In this document: piece by piece, positions 43,035 through 56,132 of the stretch
How positions within the stretch are numbered: the first letter of the stretch is position 1
Layout: each line of letters opens with the position of its first letter
Source of the DNA: Eledone cirrhosa
Taxonomy: Eukaryota
DNA length: 64,000 bases
Assembly (NCBI GenBank): GCA_964016885.1
Contig: OZ024751.1
Span: 33,046,001 to 33,110,000 of the forward strand
Reading direction: 5' to 3'
Notes under the pieces: generated by a model
Told to the model about the DNA's origin: nothing
Databases searched by the model: none
The model's input: only the letters and a program-made list of their open reading frames with translations
Translations under genes and position numbers: made by a program

Positions 43035-43098
<64 letters not shown>

Positions 43099-43238
43099 TA
43101 TATGTGTGTTTGTGTATATATATATACATATATATATATTATACATATATATATTATACATATATATACATATATGTATTATATATATACATATATACAC
43201 ACTCATATATATATATATATATATATCATATATATATC

Positions 43239-43293
<55 letters not shown>

Positions 43294-43537
43294 GAACAAA
43301 TTGCTTTAGAATCAAGTGTACTAACAATAAAGAACTACAGTATAATATCCTATATGACAATAGAACAGTGAAAATGTTGCTACATTTGCAAATATAAATC
43401 ATTCTCTCATAAATTATTTTTTACTGTTTTTCTTGTCAATGTTTTGGGTTTGTTCGTTTCCAGATACTTTTACCAACAAAATTAAATATCCAGTTTTAAT
43501 CGAATGTTTGCGTGTAATTTGTAAAATGAGCATATAG

Positions 43538-43946
43538 ATGATGATGATGATGATGGTGATGGTGATGATGATGATGGTGAGGTGATGGTGGTGGTAGTGG
43601 TTGTGGTGGTGGTTGTGGTTGTGGTGATGGGTGGTGATGACGGTGGTGGTTGTGGTGGTGGTTGTGGTGGTGGTGGCGATGGTGGTGGTGGTGGTGGTGA
43701 TGGTGGTGGTGGTGATGAAGGTGATGATGGTGGTGATGATGTTGATGAAGGTGATGATGGTGGTGATGGTGGTGATGGTGATGATGGTGGTGGTGATGGT
43801 GGTGATGTTGATTAGGGTGATGATGGTGGTGATGGTGATGATGATGGTGATGGTGGTCATGATGATGGTGGTGATGGTGGTGATGTTGGTGATGATGCTG
43901 ATGTTGTTGGTAATGGTGGTGGTGGGTTGATGATGATGGTGATGGT
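43538..43946. repeat. Degenerate (GGT/GAT)n trinucleotide array
   Basis: Directly visible; source of the poly-His, poly-Thr and poly-Val ORFs. Confidence 0.95.
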
Positions 43947-44175
43947 GACAGTAGGTACATCAAGGTATTAATCAGGATTTCCTGATTCCGGCGTAGATAA
44001 AATAAAGTACCAGTCATTTACTGGGATCAAATGTAATCCAAAATAGAAATAGAAAATGTGTCGTAAAGTGCTAAGTGTCCGGAAATGAGATGTAGGGATA
44101 TTGTCATGTCCAAACCAGCAGTATTGGTGTGTCGTAGATACGACAGGGCACTTCTGCGGAACACATATATGTGTG

Positions 44176-44256
<81 letters not shown>

Positions 44257-44407
44257 GGTTTCTACAGCACTAGCACGGTTTCATTCGGAAGAAATCATCA
44301 GGAACGCCATTTCTTCCGAAAGAAACAGTTCTAGTCCTTGAGAAGCCATTTCTATATGAAATACTTATAGTCTGCTAAGTATTGACTACTTACTTGAACC
44401 CGTGATA

Positions 44408-44481
<74 letters not shown>

Positions 44482-44684
44482 TCATAAAACATGTCTATAG
44501 AATCACCAGATAAAATATATACCATTTCCTCTCCCAATTAGCATAATTAACTATATAAAAAATCGAATAGACCAGGCTATAAGAATAAGGCTTCTATGAA
44601 GAAATCTCTCTATATATATATATATATTTATTAAAATAACAGATTAAAGTTTAAGCAAAGAATCGCTGCTTAATTTATTATTAT

Positions 44685-44718
<34 letters not shown>

Positions 44719-44741
44719 GAAATATATATATATATATATAA

Positions 44742-44846
<105 letters not shown>

Positions 44847-45297
44847 TACATGTGTATATATATATAATATATATAAACTTTAATCTGTTATTTTAATAAA
44901 TATTTGCTCTAGGGTTCTTAAATATTTGATATATATTTATCCTTATGGATTTTACTCGTCACATTTATTATTATTACTATATATATATATATAAACAAAA
45001 TGACTACGTAGTAGAAAATGGAAAGGAAGATGAGATTTGGAGGTCCAAAATAGTGATTGTGAGGAAAGAGCTGTGAGACTTATATAACCACTAGTTTGCT
45101 AAACCAACCAATAGATGAATTTGGTGCCTGACTAATAATAAATACCGAGAACTGTTCTCAAGTTTTGTTGGCAGCCTGACCCTCCTAAATTAGATAGGTT
45201 TCAATACACAAACTCACATCAAGAATTTCGCAGACATACAAAAACCAAATATGCATATATATATATATATTATACATACATACATACATATATATAC

Positions 45298-45370
<73 letters not shown>

Positions 45371-46479
45371 ATATACATTATATATTAAGATATGTGTCTG
45401 TGTGTGAGTGGTGAGTGTGTGCGTGTGGTTTTGTCTTTATGTATATATATATATATTATATATTCATTTAGGAGAGAGAGGTGAAGGGGTGTGCATATAT
45501 CGTTGTGAGTATATCATTCTGTCTGTACAATATTTGCTTATATTTTTATACAGGTATTTATTTATATTTTAATAACTGTTTACAGTAAGACGGTAACATG
45601 ATATAACCCGGAGATCAAGTAATCATTTTCGCTAAAACAATCTGCACACAAAAATATAAATTAAAAACGAAAACATAGTGGAAAAGAATCTATGGAAATG
45701 ATAGTGTTAGACTCGGAGAAAGTTGTTCTGTAAACATTTGTGAATAAAATTGAATATTGATGTGACCTTTGCTTAGGAAAAATACATAGTATAGTATTCC
45801 GTTGTTCCCTGAACCAATCTTGATCTTTCTGAACTGTCTCTACTAGTTAATCTTCTTATCTTTACATTTTGCTGATCAACTCTTAACGTATTCCTCACTT
45901 AAAGTATTCTTACCTTCAAAGCCACCAAAGTTTCCCAATCATCAGAGTTCTTTGAGTTGATCTGATTGTCTGACGATTGTATCATCAATATAACCCTCAT
46001 TATATAATTGTAAAGTACATTAGGGCCTTTATTGAAATCTGGCATACCCAGTTGTCGAATAGCTTCGTGCTATGACACTTCATTGTTTATCTACTGTCGA
46101 TATTGAATTCATTTCGAATCCGACATATCCCACACAGCTACGCGACTTACACTATCCTCCTTGTTGAGTCTATTCACATGCCTCTCTTTACACTGGCAGT
46201 GCCCCAGCATGGCCACAGCCAGTGAATGACACTTGCAACAGTTTATATGGGAGATTTACAAACTATGTAATGGCTAACTAACAACTAAACAGCTACAGCT
46301 GCCTCATTAACGACTATCATTTTTAGCATCACCATGTCCACCACTGTTACTACCACTACCAACACTCACATAAATATCATCATCAGCAACATCACCAACA
46401 CTATCACCACCACCAATATCATCAGCATCAATACCAACAACATCACCACCAATGCCATTGCCGACAATATCACTAGTGC

Positions 46480-47140
46480 CACCACCATCACTACCACCAC
46501 CACCACCACGACCAGCATCACTAGTGCCACCACCACCTCCATCACCACCACCACCACTACCATCGCCACCACCACCACCACCACGACCAGCATCACTAGT
46601 GCCACCACCACCTCCATCACCACCACCACCACTACCATCGCCACCACCACCACCACGACCAGCATCACTAGTGCCACCACCACCTCCATCACCACCACCA
46701 CCACTACCATCGCCACCACCACCACCACCACGACCAGCATCACTAGTGCCACCACCACCTCCATCACCACCACCACCACTACCATCGCCACCACCACCAC
46801 CACCACCACGACCAGCATCACTAGTGCCACCACCACCTCCATCACCACCACCACCACTACCATCGCCACCACCACCACCACCACCAACACCACCATCACT
46901 AGTGCCATCACCACCTCCATCACCACCACCACCACCACCATCGCCATCACCACCACCACCACCACAATCACCACCATCACTAGTGCCACCACCACCATCG
47001 CCCCTTCCACCACCACTATCACTAGTGCCACCAGCACCACCATCACTAGTGCCACCAGCACCACCACCTCCACCACCACCACCTCCACCACCACCACCAC
47101 CAGCACCACCACCGCCACCACCATCACCTCCACCACCACC
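46480..47140. repeat. (CAC)n-derived minisatellite with a ~57-66 bp higher-order unit
   Basis: ACCAGCATCACTAGTGCCACCACCACCTCCATC...CTACCATCGCC recurs at least five times with variable CAC counts. Confidence 0.9.
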
Positions 47141-47700
47141 AGGCAATTTTCTTGAAATAAGTTTCCTTAAAATTCCCCCAAATATTTTTATCATATTGTC
47201 ACACTGAGGTCTCTCCCTCACTCCATCTCTCTCTCACCTTCTGTCTCTATCCCTCTCTCCTAATCTTTCTACATCTCCCTCTCTCTGTTTCTCTATCTCC
47301 TTATCCAACTCCCTCATCCTATCTCTTTATCTCTATCTCTTCCCTCACCTTCACTACTAATTCCTCTACATCTCTCTTTCTCTCTATATCCCAATCACTT
47401 TACCCATCTCCCCCACCCTCTCTCTCTATATACACCTGACTCTAACCCTCTTCCTCCCTCTCCCCCACCCTCTCTCTCTATATACACCTGACTCTAACCC
47501 TCTCCCTCCCTCTCCCCTACCTCTCTCTCTATATACACCTGACTCTAACCCTCTCCCTCCCTCTCCCCCTCCCCCTCCCTCTCCCCCTCCCCCTCCCTCT
47601 CCCCCTCTCCCTCCCTCTCCCCCCTCTCCCCCTCTCCCTCCCTCTCCCTCTCTATCTCTCCATTTCTTCCAATTTATCGCGATTCCTCTAATAATCTTAC

Positions 47701-47743
47701 TTTCCTCTGCTGGCGTTAAATTGTTGAAGTCAGCATCACACAT
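47701..47743 (-). CDS. Tentative first coding segment of an unidentified gene (MCDADFNNLTPAEE, phase-1 intron follows)
   Basis: ATG at 47743, 14 non-repetitive codons, then AAA|GTAAGA donor at 47700. Lies at the end of a candidate exon; no downstream exon identified. Confidence 0.3.
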
Positions 47744-48488
47744 GGAGATTGTTCCCGCTAGGATGACGACCAACACCACCACCAACACCACCACCAACAC
47801 CACCACCAACACCATCACCACCACCACCATCACCACCACCACCAACACCACCACCAACACCACCACCAACACTACCACCAACACCACCACCAACACCACC
47901 ACCACCAACACCACCAACACCACCACCAACACCACCACCAACACCACCACCACCAACACCACCAACACCACCACCAACACCACCACCAACACCACCACCA
48001 ACACCACCACCAACACCACCACCACCACCAACACCACCACCAACACCACCACCAACACCACCACCAACACCAACACCACCACCAACACCACCAACACCAC
48101 CAACACCACCACCAACACCACCACCAACACCACCACCAACACCACCACCAACACCACCACCAATACCACCACCAACACCACCACCAACACCACCACCACC
48201 ACCAACACCACCACCAATACCAACACTATCACCGACAACACCACTACCACCACCATCACCCTCACCACCAACATGACCTCCACCGCCACTACCAACACCT
48301 CCAACACCAACACCACCATCAACACCACCACCAACACCACTACCAACACCTCCAACACCAACACCACCATCAACACCACCACCAACACCTCCAACACCAA
48401 CACCACCATCAACACCAACACGACCTCCACCGCCACTACCACCATCACAGAACAACAACCGACATCTTTCTTTAATATGTATCGCAAA
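47701..48488 (-). other. Candidate spliced exon consisting mostly of (GGT/GTT)n repeat, probably 5' UTR
   Basis: Branch-point-like CTAAC (48587-48583), (TTC)n tract, CAG acceptor (48491-48489) and GTAAGA donor (47700). Confidence 0.4.
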
Positions 48489-48490
48489 CT

Positions 48491-48542
48491 GAAGAAGAAG
48501 AAGAAGAAGAAGAAGAAGAAGAAGAAGAAGAAGAAGAAGAAG

Positions 48543-48572
<30 letters not shown>
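48491..48572. repeat. Pure (GAA)n/(TTC)n tract, about 27 units
   Basis: Directly visible. Confidence 0.97.
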
Positions 48573-48575
<3 letters not shown>

Positions 48576-48803
48576 AGCATACGTTAGCAAACATTTGCCA
48601 AAAGATGTTAATCTGTTTACTTGCCAAAGTATTTATGAGAGAGAAATAGAGTGCGAAATAGATAGAGGGGGAGAGAGAGAGAGGAGGGGGAGAGATGGTG
48701 TAAGAAAATAGAGAAAGGGGGAAAAGAGAAAGAAAAAGCTAGATACGAAGAGAGAAAGAAATGGTAGAAAGAGAGGAACATATATATAGAGAGAGATAGA
48801 GAG

Positions 48804-48885
<82 letters not shown>

Positions 48886-49142
48886 TAATAAAGATAATGA
48901 GGAAGTGTGAGAGAGAGAGAGAGATAGAAAGAAAGATAATGAGGAAGTGAGAGAGAAGGAAAGTGTGAGAAGTGGAGAGAGGAAGTGAGAAAAATAATGA
49001 CGAAAAGAGAGAGAGAGAGAGATAGATAGAGATAGATAGATAGATAAAGAGAGAGAGAGAGAGAGGTGAGCGAGAGATAAATATATATAGATAGATAGAT
49101 AGAGAGAGAGAGAGCAAGAGAGGGAGAGAGGAGGAGAGCGAG

Positions 49143-49183
<41 letters not shown>

Positions 49184-49281
49184 TAGAAAGAGAGAGCGAG
49201 AGAGAGAGAGTGATAGAGATATATAGATAGAGAGAGAGCGAGAGAGAGAGAGTGATAGAGATATATAGATAGAGATAGATA

Positions 49282-49326
<45 letters not shown>

Positions 49327-49360
49327 ATCTAAGCTGGGTTCTCCAATAATAATTCCTTAC

Positions 49361-49560
49361 CTTCTCCCTCTCTACAACCACCAATCATTTACAGTTTCAC
49401 TTTCACCAGTTTCTGCTTTTGTTGAGAAATTCAGGTGTTATGATAATTCTTTGCATGTATTTCAATCACCTGTACTCCCACTGTCACTATAACTACTGCA
49501 GCAGATGCTGCTGATGATGTTGCTACTAATGCTGATGTTGCAGTAGAAATACTTTTATCA
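49361..49560 (-). other. Candidate upstream non-coding exon (5' boundary unknown)
   Basis: Consensus donor AAG|GTAAGG at 49361/49360. When spliced to 48488, all three frames meet stops near the junction. Confidence 0.3.
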
Positions 49561-49580
49561 ACCTTTCTTTTCTATTTGTT

Positions 49581-49611
<31 letters not shown>

Positions 49612-49790
49612 TTATATATATGTTTATATCTCAGTTTGCTATTTCGTGTTGACATTGTTTGTTTGTTTTTTATACATCCTTGTAATATTTTTTTTCTTTA
49701 CTTTACTTTTCTTTTCTTTATTTTGTGTTAATGCCGTTTCCTCATCTTTTTGTATTTTACATCGCTTAGAGCAAATTCATATTCGCTAGC

Positions 49791-49865
<75 letters not shown>

Positions 49866-49887
49866 TGTGTGTGTGTATGTATGTATG

Positions 49888-49954
<67 letters not shown>

Positions 49955-50274
49955 GTGCGCATGTTTGTTTATATTTATATGGATATATGGATATATACGT
50001 ACATATACGCATATCTCTTTCTCTCTCTAAACACACACATACACACTCACACACGCACACACACAGACACACATACACACATACATATATATACACCATT
50101 TTTTAAAATGGCGTTATACCTTATTTCCTTGGCTTTCATTCCACACGTTTCTGGTGATATATTTTTATTTTAAAAGAAAAACCCTTGAGAAATGAAGGAA
50201 AAGTCAAGAAAAGAAAGGGAAAACTAAAAAAAAAACAATGTAAATATATACCAAGAATGTAAAACATCATCATC

Positions 50275-51310
50275 AACGGCAACAACAACAGTAACAACAA
50301 CAGTAACAACAACAGTAATAAGAACAACACTAACAACAACAGTAACAACAACAGTAACAACAGCAGTAGTAGCAACAACAGCAGTAACAATAACTGTAAC
50401 AACAACAACAGCAGTAACAACATCAGCTATAGCAACAACGAGACCAGTAACAACAACAGTAACAACAAGAATAACAAGAGTAACAACAACAAGAGTAACA
50501 ACAATCATACTAGTAACAACAACACTGCCAACAACAGTAAGAAGAAGAACAACTGTAACAACAACAGTAACAACAACAGTAACAACAACAACAGTAACAA
50601 CAACAGCAACAACAACAGTAACAACAACTGTAACAACAACTGTAACAACAACAGTAACAACAACAGCAACAACAACAGTAACAACAACAGTAACAACAAC
50701 CAGAGTAAGAAGGAGAGGAACAATAACAACAACTGTAACAACATCAGCTATAGCAACAACGAGACCAGTAACAACAACAGTAACAACAAGAATAACAAGA
50801 GTAACAACAACAAGAGTAACAACAACAAGAGTAACAACAACAGCAACAACAACAGTAACAACAACTGTAACAACAACTGTAACAACAACAGTAACAACAA
50901 CAGCAACAACAACAGTAACAACAACTGTAACAACAACAGTAACAACAACAGTAACAACAACCAGAGTAAGAAGGAGAGGAACAATAACAACAACTGTAAC
51001 AACATCAGCTATAGCAACAACGAGACCAGTAACAACAACAGTAACAACAAGAATAACAAGAGTAACAACAACAAGAGTAACAACAACAAGAGTAACAACA
51101 ACAGCAACAACAACAGTAACAACAACTGTAACAACAACTGTAACAACAACAGTAACAACAACAGCAACAACAACAGTAACAACAACTGTAACAACAACAG
51201 TAACAACAACAGTAACAACAACCAGAGTAAGAAGGAGAGGAACAATAACAACAACTGTAACAACACCAGCTATAGCAACAACGAGACCAGTAACAACAAC
51301 AATAACAACA
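50275..51310. repeat. (AAC/AGT)-based array with a 261-bp higher-order repeat
   Basis: Anchor CA(T/C)CAGCTATAGCAACAACGAGACCAG at 50421, 50742, 51003 and 51264 (spacings 321, 261, 261). Confidence 0.92.
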
Positions 51311-51918
51311 ATAGTGTAGAAAGGCAACAATGACAAACACGATAACTATAATGTGCTAGAAAATACAATTTCGAGATATCACTGGGAAAATTTTTAATTT
51401 AAAATTCCTCGGTGTGTCGAAAAAAAAGTGATAATAAAAAGCCTTGAGGAAATATAAAAGAAAAGATAATTAAAATATGCAAGTATTATCAAGATATGTC
51501 GCTAGAGGGGGGTGAGAGTAAAGCTTGTTATTGTAGAGGGATATAAGGTAGTCATGTTCTTAAACTAACAGCAACTACAACAAGAACAACCAACGATGTA
51601 GGATAGGCAGTGTTAGATAAATGGAGTGTAGGAAAACAATATAACTGTCAGTAAAAGACTAGATATAAAATGAACGACTGAGTCTTATTTATATATTGTT
51701 GTCTGAGGAGAAGATAACTCCTAGAAACTGAGTAGATGAAGGAAGGATGGAAGGATGGAAGGATGGAAATTGAGGTTGTGTGAAGACGGGGGAAATGTCT
51801 TTGGAAAGGTAGAATTTTAGGAGAAACTGATGATGATAGTGAAAGAAAGAAACACGAGAATTATTGATAAATGATTATATAGATAGATAGATACTTATAT
51901 AGAGAGATAAAGACATAA

Positions 51919-51951
<33 letters not shown>

Positions 51952-52049
51952 GAGATAGATGGGGTGAGTGAGATAGAATGAGAAGCACAGAGAAGCCACA
52001 AGAAATAAACAAAAGAGAGGGATACATTTCTGTCCGAATTTCTTTTACC

Positions 52050-52112
52050 TGTATATGGGGCGGGCGTCATAGATTTTAAGACAGGTATCTTTAATTACAG
52101 ACCAATGAGAGG
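52050..52112. promoter_or_regulatory. Candidate proximal promoter elements (GC box and CCAAT box)
   Basis: GGGGCGGGCG near 52057 and GACCAATGAG near 52100, upstream of the minus-strand exon candidates. Motif evidence only. Confidence 0.25.
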
Positions 52113-53239
52113 ATTATACTGTTGCAATATAGAAATTACATTGAGTTGATTCCAAGAATTTATTTGTGCTGCCCACTACTTTATATTTTATTGAATGACT
52201 CTAGAAATGATTTCTAAAACTCTAGATTTCTAAGACTCTAGAAATGATTTCTAATTATATTGATCCTAGTAATTAATTGATTCCGTTTACTATAAAGTCT
52301 CTCTCTTTTAACAATTCTCTCCCGGGGAGGCCATTAATTTAAAATATGTACCATGTTATAAAACAGCGTGGATTTATGTTACATCTTCTTTACTGCTAGC
52401 TGGCTTAACATGGAAAGACTTGATACCAGAAACAGTACTGAGCTATTGACAGATACGAACTTATGACCTTTGGACTGAGTGTTTTACATTATGTCATGGA
52501 ATTGGTTAATTGCACTTTTTGGTATGCTTTACTAAAGCTAAATACACAACTAAAATCATACTATTTAAATAAGCCTGCTACGTGAATTTCTGATGTTTGA
52601 CATTACTTCTATATAAATCTATACAAACGTATAAGAGTTTTGCATCACGAATGATGCGATTGCTTGATAAAGGAAATTCTAGCTTGCTTAAGATATAAAG
52701 CCGGTGTCTTTCAGCTTCTTTCAGAAATACCATTATCCAACCTTCTTAGTTTTCATTCAACGCAGAGTTATTTCTCTAAATAGGTCTATTTAGCTCCTTT
52801 TACTGCAATATCCTTTATCACGAAGAACACAAGAAAGACCTGCTAATGTTTAATGAACCACAAATGGATTTATATGTCTCTCTAAGTAGGGTCAGTGAGG
52901 TCACTTTCTTTTCTCGATATATGTATAATGTACACGAATATATTACTTCAATATTAGTCCATTTCAACGTCAATTCTTTATATTATCGACCCGTTAAGAG
53001 CAATAATATTGGCTGCAATTTCTTCACAACTATATTCACCCGCTCCCACATTATGTCAAAACGTAAATTAGTGAAAATATCTAAAAATATAGAAATATAA
53101 AGAGGAATGAACCAAATTTAAATTGGCAATTTCAGACAATTTCTGCAAGAGGAAATATTTCTATTTAACTCTTTATGTTTATATGGTCCTTGCTAATCTT
53201 ACTTTCCATATTACATATTTTTATGATAGGAGTAACGAT

Positions 53240-53240
53240 A

Positions 53241-53334
<94 letters not shown>

Positions 53335-53335
53335 C
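53240..53335. repeat. (GAT)n trinucleotide repeat
   Basis: Directly visible. Confidence 0.97.
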
Positions 53336-53639
53336 GATGTTGATGGTGTTTGTTTTGTTTTGTTGTTTTATTATTGTCCTCCTCTCTCTAACCTCTGAAA
53401 CAAAAATGAAGAAATATCACTTTGTCATTCCGGAAACTAAATTAGAATAAAATGGTAGTTTGCTGAAAATATAGCCTGAAAATATTGAACATTTTTAAAC
53501 CATATATTTATTATTATTAGGATTGTTCTTTATATTTTGTTGGTGGAGAATTAATGCTTCGACATTTCATATTTGAATTCCTTAAATCATTTATGTAGCC
53601 AATTCCAATCTCTACCATTTAAATGATGAGTGGAAGCAT

Positions 53640-53800
53640 TGGTATATGGTGACAAAAGATTCTATATTTCCTACCACAGAGTTTCGTGTTCCATCTCTCT
53701 TTGTGGTAAAATTGGGCAAATAAATTCTACGATATCATCAATCCTACAATGCTTTTTGCACGAGATTTGGTAGAAAGAAATGGTGTGGAAGCCCAATCAT
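53640..53800 (+). mobile_element. Diverged CORE-like SINE copy
   Basis: TTGGGCAA...GATTTGGTAGAAAGAAATGGTGTGGAAGCCC followed by (TA)n resembles octopus CORE-type SINE bodies from recall. Confidence 0.45.
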
Positions 53801-53962
53801 ATATATATATCACATAAGAAACTGAGAATCAGTGGTGAGACGAATTAAAATGTATTAGGCGTATTACAATCGTTTCTCTGTAAAACCATCGAATGTTCAA
53901 ACGGCCTACCACTTACGGACGCTTTAAGCATCCCACACCAATTATATATATATATATATATT

Positions 53963-54660
53963 ATATAAGTATGTATACGTACATACATATATGTATACAG
54001 ACGTACAGTAGTATGTATATATATATACATACATGCACACATATATATATGGATTCGCCGAACATTTATTATAATGCTCGGTGTGTTTGTAAACAAACAT
54101 CCCGAATTAAACCGTACAGTGTCTAGCAACCATCGTTGTTCATTTGTTCAACACTGACAAAGGAACGCTGTACTAGTTTCAAGCTTATTAGCTATCGTCA
54201 GCAACGTATACCTTCTTGCCAGATGGTTGAACGTCTGAAAGTATGTACTTTCCTTATGCATATTAACGGCTGAGCAGCCTAATTTGCATATCGAGTGAGT
54301 TAACCGGCCGGGGTACCGAAAACGATAAACGGAAAAAATGAAACGAAACTTCATTTCTCACTCTTAGTACGGCTGTTACTTAAATATAAGTATGTATATA
54401 CATACATATATGTATACAGACGATGGTTGCTAGACACTCTACGGCTTAATTCGGGATGTTTGTTTACAAACACACCGAGCATTATAATAAATGTTCGGCG
54501 AATCCACACGTACATATATATATGTGTGCAGGTATGTATATATATATACATACTACTGTACGTCTGTATACATATATGTATGTACGTATACATACTTATA
54601 TTTAAGTAACAGCCGTACTAAGAGTGAGAAATGAAGTTTCGTTTCATTTTTTCCGTTTAT
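53963..54660. repeat. Nested long inverted repeats (53963-54136 vs 54420-54601; 54325-54422 vs 54561-54660)
   Basis: Arms read as reverse complements with only a few differences, e.g. GGATTCGCCGAACATTTATTATAATGCTCGG / CCGAGCATTATAATAAATGTTCGGCGAATCC. Confidence 0.9.
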
Positions 54661-54734
54661 ATATATATGTATGTATGTATATATATAAACAGTGTTAGTA
54701 TTAGGTTCACGCTTGAGAGTGGGGGGCGGGCGAC

Positions 54735-54762
54735 GACGTTTCGGGCATAAGCCCTTCATCAG
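54735..54762 (-). ncRNA. Minimal hammerhead ribozyme core within a Penelope-like terminal remnant (about 54690-54830)
   Basis: Minus strand CTGATGA-A-GGGC-ttat-GCCC-GAAA-C-GTC: both conserved boxes, a 4-bp stem II, palindromic ACGT and a GUC triplet. Stem I pairing is weak. Confidence 0.65.
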
Positions 54763-54828
54763 GAGAGAAGTGGGAAGGAAAAGATTTCCGAGGGTGTTGG
54801 GGGAGTGGTGGAAAGACATTAAAAGTGG

Positions 54829-54885
<57 letters not shown>

Positions 54886-55966
54886 ATACGTGTGTGTGTG
54901 TGGGGGGGGGGGGGGGTATTGTGTGTATGTGTGTGTCTATATGTGAAATGAGAGCCCATCAAAATTAACAGACAGTGAAATGACTTAATTTGAAATCCAA
55001 AGAATATTGATGAGTGAGTCACAGAGAGGTCAATTATGACCTCTTGAAAATTAAACAAAGTTTTTTTATTAAATATAATATTCAAACATGATATATTATG
55101 GCAAAATGGCTAGAGCGCCGGATGAAATATATTGTAGGATTTGATCATATCCTTCTCTAATTTCAGACCCCAGTAAGATAGATTTTGTTTTCATATCTCT
55201 CTCAGAATATATGAACCACTTAAGTAGGGGAAAACGCTGTGATCTACATGTGATAAGTACTCCAGTATGGACGTGGACCATAATGATATAAATAATAATC
55301 ACTGGAATCTGAAGGACTCTGTACGTATTTCTTGGCTTGCAAGAAATAGCAACAAAATGTCCAGATGTCCTTTCAATCGCTATTGTCTTAGAAATGGATG
55401 TCGAACCACTACATATACTTTGTCTGAATAAAAGACAGGGTGGTCACGGCTAGAATATCTTTGAACAGAGAAGTGCTGGGTGAAACAAAAATAACAACAA
55501 CAACACATTACAGTTTTTGCCATCCATATTGAATTTCGTAAAAAAAATACATAAAACAATTTCATTCATTTTCTTTCATTAGGAAATGTTCCTATATTAA
55601 ATATTTGATATTTTCTTCGTGGTTTGCTCGTTTCAATGTTCTGCTCCTCACATCTAACTACAAAACCTTCTATGTTGAAACAACCAAAACAGTAAGGTTA
55701 GAATATTATAAGATTTCTGCCTCCTTGTCGTTTCATGAAGCAAAGATTACAACATTAAGCAAAGAATGAAATAAAACAAAATACAATCCAAAGCATATAT
55801 CTCGCAGTTGTCAAATATTTAGCCGAAATGGTAGACAACGAATGCCATAGCAAAGATATCATTATAAATAGTGAACGATGATAAAATACTACATTTCTCT
55901 CTACTACTACTACTGCTGCTTTTATTTAATTTCCTCAGACAAATAGATCAATATATGTATGTTTGT

Positions 55967-56031
<65 letters not shown>

Positions 56032-56057
56032 AAGTGTGTCTATATACACACACACAC

Positions 56058-56132
<75 letters not shown>

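Noticed and set aside
45914-46000. Minus-strand donor AAG|GTAAGA with a short open frame
   Set aside because: No convincing acceptor and no recognisable peptide.
47736-48590. Secreted glycine-rich protein with a poly-Leu signal peptide
   Set aside because: The poly-Leu is the (TTC)n tract and the Gly run is a GGT repeat; better explained as repeat or acceptor plus UTR. Not fully excluded.
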